From Corallococcus sp. Z5C101001 (GTDB taxonomy: Bacteria; Myxococcota; Myxococcia; Myxococcales; Myxococcaceae), in assembly GCF_007352635.1 (NCBI RefSeq), contig NZ_VKLU01000005.1:699940-763939 (forward strand): 64,000 nucleotides of DNA, written 5' to 3'. The notes below the pieces were generated by a model. The model searched no databases and was not told where the DNA came from. It worked only from the letters and a program-made list of their open reading frames with translations. Position 1 is the first letter of the stretch. Every line of letters begins with the position of its first letter. Positions 41,176 through 50,489 of the stretch are shown piece by piece. The translations under genes and the position numbers were made by a program.

Positions 41176-41916
41176 TCAGGCCGCGTCGGCCGTGGCGGTG
41201 TGCTCCTCGTTCTCATTGAAGGCGATGAGGTAGCGCTCCAGGAAGTTCTTCGTCTTCAGCTCCACCTGACGGACGCGCTCGCGCGACACGCCCCAGCGCT
41301 GGCCCAGCTCCTCCAGGGTGAGCGGCTTGTCCTGCGTGAGCCGCTCCTGGAGGATGTCCCAGCCCAGGTCGCCGATGCGCTTGCGCACCTTCGCGAGGGC
41401 GTCCTGGATCTCCGTGTCCTGCTCGCGCGAGAGGAACGTCTCCTGCGGCGAGGGGCCGCCGTCCTCCAGCCGGTCGAGGAAGGTCGTCTCGCCCTCCTCG
41501 TCGATGGTGGCATCCAGCGAGAAGTCCACCATGCTGCCACGCTCCGCCTCGCCGCCGCGCACCTGGCTGCGGTTGTCCTTCAGATAGCGGGTGATGTAGG
41601 CGCGGATCCACCACACGGCATAGGTGGCGAAGCGCACGTTCTTCTTCGGATCGAAGTGCTCGATGGCCTTCATCAGGCCCACGTTGCCTTCCTGGATGAG
41701 GTCGTCCAGGCGGGCCCCGCGGTTGGCGAACTTCTTCGCGACCGCGACCACGAAAGCGAGGTTGGAGCTGGCGAGCGTCTGCCGGGCGCTCTCGTCACCC
41801 TTGCGGGCCTGGCGGGCCAGCTCATACTCCTGCTCACGGGTGAGCTGCTGGTGCCCCCCCAGGTGACGCAGGTAATGCGAAAGGCCCTCTGCCGCGTACT
41901 TCGTCGAGTTGGCCAT
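41176..41916 (-). CDS. Sigma-70 family RNA polymerase sigma factor (group 3, RpoH/SigB-like)
   Basis: Region 2 (DLIQEGNVGLMKAIEHFDP, RFATYAVWWIRAYI), region 4 (LTLEELGQRWGVSRERVRQVE); start at MANSTKY with GGAAGGA RBS. Confidence 0.85.
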   Translation of the reverse strand: MANSTKYAAEGLSHYLRHLGGHQQLTREQEYELARQARKGDESARQTLASSNLAFVVAVAKKFANRGARLDDLIQEGNVGLMKAIEHFDPKKNVRFATYAVWWIRAYITRYLKDNRSQVRGGEAERGSMVDFSLDATIDEEGETTFLDRLEDGGPSPQETFLSREQDTEIQDALAKVRKRIGDLGWDILQERLTQDKPLTLEELGQRWGVSRERVRQVELKTKNFLERYLIAFNENEEHTATADAA

Positions 41917-42146
41917 GATTTCCCGTCCTTCCGTTCGTAACTGCCGGACGCGATGAATCCCCCGACGAACCGCGTCCACCTGTCACTAGGACGCGCAACG
42001 ACGGAAAGGGTTTCTCATTCCTGCCAAGAAGGGCATTTCGCCCGCTTACCCTTGTCAAAAGCCCGTCACGCACTCGTCCCCGCGGGCCTCGAAAGGTGAG
42101 GGACGCGACGGGTGGGACAGCACCTACGTTTCCGGCCACGAATTCT

Positions 42147-43574
42147 TCAACGCTTGGGAGCGGGGAAGATTTTCTCGGGGTTGAGCAGCCCTGATGGATC
42201 AAAAAAGGCCTTCAGGCGTCGCTGGAGGTCCAGCAGCGCGGGGGCCTGTTCCAGCGCCAGATATTCCCGCTTGGCGTGGCCCACGCCGTGCTCACCGGTG
42301 ATGGTGCCCCCCAGGGAGACCGTCAGTTCCAACATCCGACGAAGGGCCTCCTCGACGAGCGGGCGTTGGTGGGGACCGTCGTAGAGGATGTTGGCGTGCA
42401 GGTTGCCGTCACCCGCGTGGCCATACGTGGCCACGGTGAGGCCCAGCGATTCTCCCATCTGCTTCAGCCGCTCGATGATCTCGGGAATTTTCGAGCGGGG
42501 GACCACGATGTCCTCCGAAATCTTCGCGGCCTTGAGCGCGCGCAATGCCGGAGAGATGACCCGGCGCGCGGCCCACAACCGTTCGCGCTGGGCATCGTCC
42601 TGAGCCACCAGGGTCTGGGTGGCCCCGTGCTGGTCGCAGATGCCTCCCAGGAGGTTCAGCTCGGCGAGGACGCCCTCGGGTGTGTTGCCGTCCACCTCGG
42701 CGATGAGGGCCGCCCCCGCGTCCGGGGGGAACTGGAAGCTGCCCCGGTGCACGATGGCCTGCACGGCCACCTCGTCGATGAGCTCCAGGCAGCGAGGCAG
42801 GATGCCGGCGGCGAGCACCGCGGAGACGCCCCGGGCCGCGGCCAGCACGGAGGGGAACACCACCAGCGCGGTCATCACCTGGCGCGGCAGGGGAATCAGC
42901 TGCACCGTGATTTCGGTGGCCACGCCGAGCGTGCCCTCGGAGCCGACGAAGAGCCCCACGAGGTCATAGCCCGCCACGCCCTTGATGGTGCGCCGGCCCA
43001 CGCGGAGCACCTCGCCGTCCGGGAGCACCCACTCCAGGCCGATGACGTAATCGCGGGTGACGCCGTACTTGAGGGCGCGGGGGCCGCCAGCGTTCTCCGC
43101 CACGTTGCCGCCCAGGGTGCAGAACTCCCAGGAGTTCGGGTCGGGTGGATAGAAGAGGCCCTGCGCCTCCACGGCCTTCATCAAGTCGCCCGTCACCACG
43201 CCGGGCTCCACCACCGCGGTCAGGTCCTCCGTGGAGATGGAGCGGATCCGGTTCATGCGCTCCAGGCTCACCGCCATGCCGCCCCTCAGGGGCAGCGAGC
43301 CACCGCTCTTGCCGCTGCGCGCGCCACAAGGGGTGAAGGGCACGCCGTGCGCCTGGCAGGCCTTGAAGATGGCGGACACCTGCGCGGTGGTCTCCGGCAG
43401 CAGGACGGCGTCCGGCGGATAGACGCCGCTGTCGGATTCATCGCGCGCATAGGCCGCAAGCGAATCCGCGTCGCGCTTCACCTGTCCCGCCGCCAGCACC
43501 TCCGACAAGGCCTCCAGCACCTGCGTCACGCGCTCGGGCGCGACCCGTTCGAAGGTCTGGGCGGCCGGATTCAT
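42147..43574 (-). CDS. FAD-linked oxidase (glycolate oxidase GlcD / D-lactate dehydrogenase family)
   Basis: FAD-binding PCMH domain (GARSGKSGGS), C-terminal FAD-oxidase_C; start at MNPAAQTF. Confidence 0.85.
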   Translation of the reverse strand: MNPAAQTFERVAPERVTQVLEALSEVLAAGQVKRDADSLAAYARDESDSGVYPPDAVLLPETTAQVSAIFKACQAHGVPFTPCGARSGKSGGSLPLRGGMAVSLERMNRIRSISTEDLTAVVEPGVVTGDLMKAVEAQGLFYPPDPNSWEFCTLGGNVAENAGGPRALKYGVTRDYVIGLEWVLPDGEVLRVGRRTIKGVAGYDLVGLFVGSEGTLGVATEITVQLIPLPRQVMTALVVFPSVLAAARGVSAVLAAGILPRCLELIDEVAVQAIVHRGSFQFPPDAGAALIAEVDGNTPEGVLAELNLLGGICDQHGATQTLVAQDDAQRERLWAARRVISPALRALKAAKISEDIVVPRSKIPEIIERLKQMGESLGLTVATYGHAGDGNLHANILYDGPHQRPLVEEALRRMLELTVSLGGTITGEHGVGHAKREYLALEQAPALLDLQRRLKAFFDPSGLLNPEKIFPAPKR

Positions 43575-44140
43575 CGCCAGGCCCCCGGGCGAGCGCCCAG
43601 CCGGGCCCACAGCTCGCGGCGCAGCGGGCCGTCACGGCGCAGGCGGCCCTCGTAGGCCTCCGCGTGGGTGACGGCGTCGCGCTGGTGGTCGGCCCGCAAC
43701 CGCAGACACGCCTGCTCCGCCTCCAGGATGCAGGCGGTGGCGGGGCTGTCGAGCACCCGCGCCAGGGACTGCGCCACTTCACGGGCCAGGTCCTCCTGGA
43801 GGATGAGCCGGTGCGCGAAGCAGTCCACCAGCCCCGCGAGCCGGCCGAAGCCCACCACGCGCGAGCCAGGCACATAGGCCACGTGCGCGCGGCCGGTGAA
43901 GGGCAGCAGGTGGTGAGGGCACATGGAGTGGAAGCGCAGGTCCGTCACCACGACCAGTTCGCCAGAGGAGTTGGGGGGCGCGGGATAGGTCTTGCCGAGC
44001 GCCTCCTCGGGCGTGCGGCCATAGCCGTCGAGGAAGCCGTTCATCCACACGTCGGCCACGCGCTTCGGCGTGTCCACCAGGTTCACGTCGTCCAGGGACA
44101 GGCCCGCGGCGGTGAGGAAGTCTCGGACCGCGCGGGCCAT
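43571..44140 (-). CDS. folE: GTP cyclohydrolase I
   Basis: FHSMCPHHLLPFTGRAHVAYVPG zinc-site signature; 4-bp overlap with glcD-like start; start at MARAVRDF. Confidence 0.85.
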   Translation of the reverse strand: MARAVRDFLTAAGLSLDDVNLVDTPKRVADVWMNGFLDGYGRTPEEALGKTYPAPPNSSGELVVVTDLRFHSMCPHHLLPFTGRAHVAYVPGSRVVGFGRLAGLVDCFAHRLILQEDLAREVAQSLARVLDSPATACILEAEQACLRLRADHQRDAVTHAEAYEGRLRRDGPLRRELWARLGARPGAWR

Positions 44141-44487
44141 GGCGGCGGAGTCGGGACGCGCGGCGCTGGGGGCCTGGGCCTGGGCCTGGGCGGCGGGGGC
44201 GCGGCGACGGGGGCGGGAGGGGGGCACGGGCGGCGGAACTCCTGGCGCGGGGGCCTGTGGGTGAGGCTCATCCAACCTAACCGATGCGGCCAGAAGGGAC
44301 GCCTGGAATGAAAACACCGTTCCCGTGTCCTCGTGTTTCAGGCGCGGCCTCCACGCCAGAGGTTCGTGCGTCGACGTTGAATCGCCACCCCGCCCCACCG
44401 TCCGTCACCGGGTCGCCCCCGAGACGTACGCCCCCTGCCTGCCTTGACACTCCCGGGGGCCGACAGTAAGCCAGTCGGGAACCCCAG

Positions 44488-44907
44488 ATGCTTTCGCGCG
44501 CCCACACCCTTGCCCGCCTCACCGCGATGCTGCTCGTCGCGCTCTGGGGTATCCAGCCGCTGGGGCTGGTGCTGCACGTGGAGCAGCACGCGCATCGGTT
44601 CTGTCCGCAGCACCAGACGTTCGAAGAGGACGCGCGGCGCGCGAACCCCTCGCTGTCCCGCTTCGCCGAGCGCATCTCCGTCATCGCGTCCGTCCCGAGC
44701 GCCGTGGCGGATGCACCGGGCCTCAACCACGAGACATGTCCGCTGCTCACGGCGGCCCCGCAGGCGACCGCGCCGCTCGCGGGAGAGACCCTCGCCGTCT
44801 CGGCGTGCGTGGAGAGCAACCACCCGCCCACCGCGCCGCCGCGCTCCTTCGCGCCGCTCGCCGTCCTCGACACCGCGCCCAAGGCCTCGCCTCCGACGCA
44901 CGCGTAG
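44488..44907 (+). CDS. Small membrane-anchored hypothetical protein with His/Cys motif (LHVEQHAHRFCPQH), paralog of 54068..54514
   Basis: N-terminal TM helix; motif and C-terminal tail (FAPLAVLDTAPKASPP) shared with the 54068 protein; weak RBS. Confidence 0.45.
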   Translation: MLSRAHTLARLTAMLLVALWGIQPLGLVLHVEQHAHRFCPQHQTFEEDARRANPSLSRFAERISVIASVPSAVADAPGLNHETCPLLTAAPQATAPLAGETLAVSACVESNHPPTAPPRSFAPLAVLDTAPKASPPTHA

Positions 44908-45000
44908 TCCGCGTGTCGTGTCCGTGAAGCAGGTCATTGGTCGACGGTCGTCGCGGGGCATCGTGCTCCCCGGCCGTCCGGTATCGAGGAGCAGTCACCC

Positions 45001-46368
45001 GTGTCATTTCTTCCGCGCAGGCATTCCCGCGCCCTTGCCGTCATGCTCGCCGCTCAGCTGTCCGCGAGCGCCGCCTGGGCCCAGCAGTCATCGCCCCCTT
45101 CCACCGCCGCCCCACCCGCCTCCGAGTCCCCACCCGAGCCCGCGCCGGCCAGCGATACGCCGGCCCTGAGCCCAGAGGAGATGTCGGAGATCGAGAAGGC
45201 GCTGGGCTCCGACACGAGCACCCGCGCGCGCCCCTCCGGGAGCACGTCCCCGGCGTCGCCCACCGCCACCAACGACTCGGGCGTGACGCCGCTCAAGCTG
45301 CCCAACGCCATCTCCAGCGGCACCAACTTCCTCAACCTGAGCTTCATCCTGGACATGGCGCTGGCGGCCTTCTCCAGCAAGGAGCCCCTGCAGGGCGGAG
45401 GACACGACCCGACGCAGAACGGCTTCAACCTCCAGCAGCTGGAGCTGTCCATCGGCTCGGTGGTGGATCCGTACTTCCGCTTCGACAGCAACATCGTCTT
45501 CAGCCAGTTCGGCGTCGAGATCGAGGAGGCCTACGCCACCACGTTGGACCTGCCCGCGAACCTCCAGGTGCGCGCGGGCCAGTTCCTCACCCGCTTCGGG
45601 CGGATCAACTCCACCCACCCGCATGCGTGGGACTTCGTCGACCAGCCCTTCGTCATGAGCCGCGTGTTCGGCGCGGAGGGCAACCGGGGCCTGGGCGTGG
45701 AGGCGTCCTGGCTCACGCCGCTGCCCTGGTACGTGGAGGTCGTCGGCAGCGCCACCGACGCCAAGGGAGAGGCCACGGCGCGCAGCTTCTTCGGCGCGAC
45801 CCCGGAGCGCGTGCTGTCACCGCTGGACTTCCAGCTCACGGGCGCGGTGAAGCAGTTCTTCCCGCTGTCGGACGACCTGTCCCTGCTGTGGGGCCTGTCC
45901 GCCGCGGCCGGGCCCAACGCCACGGGCTACCGCAACCACACCAGCCTCTACGGCACGGACGTCTACGTGAAGTTCCGGCCCATCACGGAGCAGAGCGCGC
46001 AGCAGCTGGTGTTCCAGGCGGAGGTCATCTACCGGCGCCGCCAGGTCCCGGAGGACGTGCTGTCCGACTGGGGCGGCTACGCGCAGACGGTGTGGCGCTT
46101 CTCCAACCGCTGGGCCACGGGCGTGCGCTACGAGTTCGGCACGCCCGCGAAGACGCAGGAGGGCCGCGTCGCGAATGATCCGCTCGACCCCGAGTGGATC
46201 GCCAACCGCCAGCGCATCAGCGCGTCCGTGACGTTCTGGCCCACCGAGTTCTCCCGGCTGCGCCTGCAGGCCGCCACGGACCGCGTGGGCTGGCGCGCGA
46301 CGCCGGACTACTCGGCCTTCCTCGCGCTTGAAGTCGTGACCGGCGCCCACGGTGCCCATGCTTTCTGA
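45001..46368 (+). CDS. Outer-membrane beta-barrel (porin-like) protein, encoded between the 44488 membrane protein and znuA
   Basis: Signal peptide ...LSASAAWAQ; Pro/Ser-rich linker; alternating amphipathic beta-strand pattern; C-terminal aromatic residue (…HAF). Confidence 0.6.
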   Translation: MSFLPRRHSRALAVMLAAQLSASAAWAQQSSPPSTAAPPASESPPEPAPASDTPALSPEEMSEIEKALGSDTSTRARPSGSTSPASPTATNDSGVTPLKLPNAISSGTNFLNLSFILDMALAAFSSKEPLQGGGHDPTQNGFNLQQLELSIGSVVDPYFRFDSNIVFSQFGVEIEEAYATTLDLPANLQVRAGQFLTRFGRINSTHPHAWDFVDQPFVMSRVFGAEGNRGLGVEASWLTPLPWYVEVVGSATDAKGEATARSFFGATPERVLSPLDFQLTGAVKQFFPLSDDLSLLWGLSAAAGPNATGYRNHTSLYGTDVYVKFRPITEQSAQQLVFQAEVIYRRRQVPEDVLSDWGGYAQTVWRFSNRWATGVRYEFGTPAKTQEGRVANDPLDPEWIANRQRISASVTFWPTEFSRLRLQAATDRVGWRATPDYSAFLALEVVTGAHGAHAF

Positions 46369-46390
46369 TCCCTTCTTCCGGAGCCCTTCC

Positions 46391-47314
46391 ATGCGTTCCC
46401 TTCGCCTGTTCGCGGCCCTGTGCGCCGCCGTCGTCTGTTTCGCCGCTGCTCCCGCGCATGCGGAGCTCAAGGTCGTCGCCACCCTCCCGGACCTCGCCGC
46501 GCTGGCGAAGGCCGTGGGCGGGGACAAGGTGGACGTGACGTCCCTGGCGCTGCCCACGCAGGACCCCCACTTCGTGGACGCCAAGCCGAACCTGGCGCTC
46601 GCGCTCAACCGCGCGGACCTGCTCATCGCCGCGGGCCTGGACCTGGAGATCGGCTGGCTGCCCACGCTCCAGGTGGGCGCGCGCAACAACCGCATCCAGA
46701 CGGGCAACGACGGCTACCTGGACGCGTCGCGGCTGGTGAACCTCCAGGAGGTGCCCACGACGCAGGTGGACCGCAGCCAGGGCGACGTGCACCCCGGCGG
46801 CAACCCGCACTACCTCTATGATCCGCGGCAGGCGCTGGCGGTGGCGCGCGGCATCGAGGCGCGCATGTCCCAGCTGGATGGGAAGAACGCGGCCACCTAC
46901 AAGGCGAACCTCGCGAAGTTCACGCAGGAGCTGCAGGCCGCGCAGGCGGGCTGGGAGAAGCGGCTCGCGGGCCTCAAGGGCGTGCCCGTCATCGCGTACC
47001 ACCGCACGACGGCGTACCTGCAGGACTGGCTGGGCTTCACCACCATCGCGTTCCTGGAGCCCAAGCCGGGCATCCCGCCGAACCCGTCCCATGTCGCGCA
47101 GGTGCTGGCCCAGGGCAAGGCGCGCAAGGCGCGGATGGTGCTGAAGGAGGACTACTACCCGGACAGCATCGCGAAGCTCGTGGCGTCGAAGATCCCCGCG
47201 TCGCTCGTCACGCTTCCCGGCGGCACGGACTTCCGCGGAGGCCAGACGTACCTGCAGCGCATGGACCTGATGGTGAGCCGGCTGGAGCAGGGCCTCACCG
47301 GGAAGGGGGAGTGA
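46391..47314 (+). CDS. znuA: Metal (Zn/Mn) ABC transporter substrate-binding protein (ZnuA/TroA family)
   Basis: Signal peptide; ELKVVATLPDLAALAKAVGGDKVDV, PHFV, cluster A-I SBP architecture; start at MRSLRLF. Confidence 0.8.
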   Translation: MRSLRLFAALCAAVVCFAAAPAHAELKVVATLPDLAALAKAVGGDKVDVTSLALPTQDPHFVDAKPNLALALNRADLLIAAGLDLEIGWLPTLQVGARNNRIQTGNDGYLDASRLVNLQEVPTTQVDRSQGDVHPGGNPHYLYDPRQALAVARGIEARMSQLDGKNAATYKANLAKFTQELQAAQAGWEKRLAGLKGVPVIAYHRTTAYLQDWLGFTTIAFLEPKPGIPPNPSHVAQVLAQGKARKARMVLKEDYYPDSIAKLVASKIPASLVTLPGGTDFRGGQTYLQRMDLMVSRLEQGLTGKGE

Positions 47315-47318
47315 CGCC

Positions 47319-48182
47319 ATGAAGCGCTTCGCATCCAAGGCCTGGCTGATCCCCCTCGCGCTCGTGTCCGGCTGTGCGTTCGACGCGGGCGAGAACTTCG
47401 CGGTGCTGGAGCCCACCGTCGAGGCCTCCTACACACCGCTGCCCCGCCGCGACGCGGGTGACGGCTACCAGGCGCTCGCCTCCGACTTCCAGCTGCGCAT
47501 GGACTCCGGCGCGGTGAGCCTGGGCAGCATCGACCTGCTGGCCAGCTCCGGCGGCGGGGGCACCACGACGTTCGACCCGTCCTCTCCGCCCCCGGGCTAC
47601 ACGCTGTGCCACAACGGGCACTGCCACCGCGATGACGGGGCGCTGGTGGACTACGCGGACATCGAGGCGGAGCTGGGCGGCGGTGGCGGCAGCACCACCA
47701 CCACGGTGGCCAACCTGCCCGTACAGACCGAGTTCGACCTGCTCACCCCCCAGACCGTGGGCGTCACCTGCCGGCCGGGCTGTGAGCTGGGACGAACGAC
47801 GCTGTCCCGCGGACGCTGGTCCGTCACCGCCCTGCGGCTGAGCGGCAGCGTGCGCGATGGCCGCGTTCCGGCGCGCTTCGCGGGGGCGCTGCCCTTCCGC
47901 TTCACCGCGGCGGCGACGGGGACGGAGGCCACGCCGGTGGTGCTGCTCACCGGCGACCTGGACGTGCCCGCCGACCGGGACAACAAGCCGCGCGTGTCGC
48001 TGGGGCTGAAGCTGGCGCTGACGCCGACGCTCTTCGACGCGGTGGACTGGTCCGCCGTGACGGTGGGCGCGGACGGCGTCATGGACCTGGACGCGCCCGC
48101 GAACGCGGCGGTGCGCGCGGCGCTGCTGGAGAAGGTGGCCCAGGTGAGCCCCACCGCGGAGGTGACTCGTGGCGCATGGTGA
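47319..48182 (+). CDS. Lipoprotein with CHNGHCH metal-binding-like motif and Gly/Thr-rich segments
   Basis: Lipobox LALVSGC; motif YTLCHNGHCHRDDG; inserted between znuA and znuC. Confidence 0.6.
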   Translation: MKRFASKAWLIPLALVSGCAFDAGENFAVLEPTVEASYTPLPRRDAGDGYQALASDFQLRMDSGAVSLGSIDLLASSGGGGTTTFDPSSPPPGYTLCHNGHCHRDDGALVDYADIEAELGGGGGSTTTTVANLPVQTEFDLLTPQTVGVTCRPGCELGRTTLSRGRWSVTALRLSGSVRDGRVPARFAGALPFRFTAAATGTEATPVVLLTGDLDVPADRDNKPRVSLGLKLALTPTLFDAVDWSAVTVGADGVMDLDAPANAAVRAALLEKVAQVSPTAEVTRGAW

Positions 48183-48990
48183 GCACGAGACGGAGCTGGA
48201 CCGGGGGCACCGCGCCGCGCCGCCGCCAGAGCCGGGCGAGCCGCTGCTGAAGTGCGAGCAGCTCGTCATCGGCTATGGAGGCAAGGACATCCTACCGCCC
48301 ATGGACCTGGTGGTGCGCCGCCGGCAGTTCGTGGCGGTGGTGGGCCGCAACGGCTCCGGCAAGAGCACCTGGTTCAAGACGCTGCTGGGCCTCATCCCGC
48401 CGGTGTCCGGGAGGATTGCCCTGGGCGCGCCGCACATCCGCAGCGCGTACGTGCCGCAGATGTCCTCCATCGACTCGCTCCTGCCAGTGCACGCGCGTGA
48501 GCTGACCGGGTGGGGACGGCTGTCCGGGTGGAACTTCCTCCGGCCGTTCCCCAGCCGCGCGGATCGCCACAAGGTGGAGGCAGCGCTCGACACGGCGGGC
48601 GCGCGCGCCATCGCGAAGCGGCCCTTCCGCGACCTGTCCGGTGGCGAGAAGCAGCGCGCGTTGCTGGCGCGGGTCATCGCCACCGAGGCGGACGTGGTGC
48701 TCCTGGATGAACCCACCGCGGCGATGGACGCCGTGGCGGAGAAGCAGACGATGCTGCGGCTGTGCGCGCTCGCGCACGACCGGGGCCTGGGCGTGGTGGT
48801 GGTGAGCCACGACATGTCCGTCGCCGCCGAGCACGCCGACGTCATCCTCTTCGTGGACCGCGAGCACCGCTGCTTCGTCATGGGCGATGCACGCACCGTG
48901 TTCTGCCACCCCGCCTTCCGCCGCCAGTACGGCGACGACTACTGCCACAGCGCGCCCCAGGGACCCCATCGTGGAAACAACCCTGCTTGA
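48169..48990 (+). CDS. znuC: Metal ABC transporter ATP-binding protein (ZnuC-like)
   Basis: Walker A GRNGSGKST, signature LSGGEKQRA, Walker B VVLLDEP, H-loop SHDM. Confidence 0.8.
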   Translation: MAHGEHETELDRGHRAAPPPEPGEPLLKCEQLVIGYGGKDILPPMDLVVRRRQFVAVVGRNGSGKSTWFKTLLGLIPPVSGRIALGAPHIRSAYVPQMSSIDSLLPVHARELTGWGRLSGWNFLRPFPSRADRHKVEAALDTAGARAIAKRPFRDLSGGEKQRALLARVIATEADVVLLDEPTAAMDAVAEKQTMLRLCALAHDRGLGVVVVSHDMSVAAEHADVILFVDREHRCFVMGDARTVFCHPAFRRQYGDDYCHSAPQGPHRGNNPA

Positions 48991-49843
48991 GCCCTCGAAG
49001 TGGGAACAGTTCCAGGCGGGCTGGGAGCTGTTCCGCGACCCCATCCTCTGCGCGCTCATCGCCGGGTGCGTGCTGGGCTTCCTCAGCGTCTACGTCGTGC
49101 TCCGCCGCATGGTGTTCGTCAGCGCGGCGGTGACGAACACCGCGGGCCTGGGCGTGGCGCTGGCCTTCTTCGCGGAGATCCACCTGGGCGTCCATGTGGA
49201 CCCGCTGGTGGGCGCCGTGGTGCTGTCGGTGGCGGCCACCCTGCTGCTGATGGTGGAGCCCTCGCACCTGCGGCTGTCACGGGAGAGCCTGCTGGGGTGC
49301 GCGTTCGCGTTCGCGGGCGGCGCGGCCATCCTCGTGGGTGACCGCATCGCGCAGGAGGCCCACGACATCCAGGGCATCCTCTTCGGCACCGCGGTGCTGG
49401 TGACGCCGGATCAACTCCACGCCGTGGCGGTGGCGGGCGCGGTGCTGATGGTGCTGCACCTGTGGTGGTACCGGGGCATCACCTTCGTGAGCTTCGACCG
49501 CGTCGGCGCCACCGTGCAGGGGCTGCCGGTGCGGCTGCTGGACACGGTGTTGATGGTGTCCATCGGCATCATGGTGGGCGTGTGCGCGCGGGCCCTGGGC
49601 GCCCTGCCCGTCTTCGCGTTCTCCACGCTGTCGGCCATCGCCGCGCTGGTGCTGGACCTGCGGCTGCCGTGGACCTTCTTCACCGCCACCGTGCTGGGCG
49701 GCATCGCGGGCGCGGGCGGCTACCTGTTCGCGTACGTCTACGACTTCCCGGTGGGCGGCTCGCAGACCGTCCTGTCCGGGGTGCTGGTGCTGCTGATGAT
49801 GCTCGTGCGGCTGGTGCGCCTGCCCTTCCAGCGCAAGGCGTGA
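48971..49843 (+). CDS. znuB: Metal ABC transporter permease (ZnuB-like)
   Basis: GTG start overlapping znuC end; 8-9 TM helices; ABC-3 family composition. Confidence 0.75.
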   Translation: METTLLEPSKWEQFQAGWELFRDPILCALIAGCVLGFLSVYVVLRRMVFVSAAVTNTAGLGVALAFFAEIHLGVHVDPLVGAVVLSVAATLLLMVEPSHLRLSRESLLGCAFAFAGGAAILVGDRIAQEAHDIQGILFGTAVLVTPDQLHAVAVAGAVLMVLHLWWYRGITFVSFDRVGATVQGLPVRLLDTVLMVSIGIMVGVCARALGALPVFAFSTLSAIAALVLDLRLPWTFFTATVLGGIAGAGGYLFAYVYDFPVGGSQTVLSGVLVLLMMLVRLVRLPFQRKA

Positions 49844-49868
49844 GCGGCCCCCCCGCCGTCGTCCCGGT

Positions 49869-50417
49869 TCAGCGGACGGCGGCGGACACCTTCTTGAACT
49901 CGGGCGTGCCCGCGCGGCCCAGCATGTCGAACAGGGCCGACTCCACGGTGAGGACGCGCGCCCCCGCGTCGCGGCACAGCTCCAGGCCCACGCGGCGGTC
50001 CTCCTCCGTGCGCGACAGCACCGCGTCCGCCAGGAGGCACGGCTCCCGGCCGCCTTCCGCCAGGTCGCGCGCCGTCTGGAAGACGCAGATGTGCGTCTCC
50101 ATGCCGGTGATCAACACCTGCTTGCGGTCCCCGAGCACGGCGAGCACGTCCGGCGTGGCGGCGGAGAACTCCAGCTTCTCCAGCGGCTTGAACTCCCCCA
50201 GCCGCAGCTTCAGGAGCGAGTGCGTGCGGCCCAGCCCCTGCGGGTACTGCTCCGTGACGATGACCGGCAGACCCAGCGCCCGGGCGCCCTCCACCGCGGC
50301 GCCGGTGCGCGCGAGCATGCGGTCCAGGGCGTCGCGGTCCATCGCGGCGCACAGGCGCTCCTGGACGTCGACGACGAGCAACGCGGCCTGCTCGGGCTTC
50401 AGGCGGAACGAAGGCAT
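49869..50417 (-). CDS. Isochorismatase-family (cysteine) hydrolase
   Basis: LLVVDVQ N-terminus, catalytic Cys in ETHICV; 182 aa. Confidence 0.8.
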   Translation of the reverse strand: MPSFRLKPEQAALLVVDVQERLCAAMDRDALDRMLARTGAAVEGARALGLPVIVTEQYPQGLGRTHSLLKLRLGEFKPLEKLEFSAATPDVLAVLGDRKQVLITGMETHICVFQTARDLAEGGREPCLLADAVLSRTEEDRRVGLELCRDAGARVLTVESALFDMLGRAGTPEFKKVSAAVR

Positions 50418-50489
50418 GGGGCGGCTCCTTGGAGAGGCCCCCTAGTGACGTGAAGGGCGCGCGTCCGTCAAGCGCGGTGGCGTACGCCC

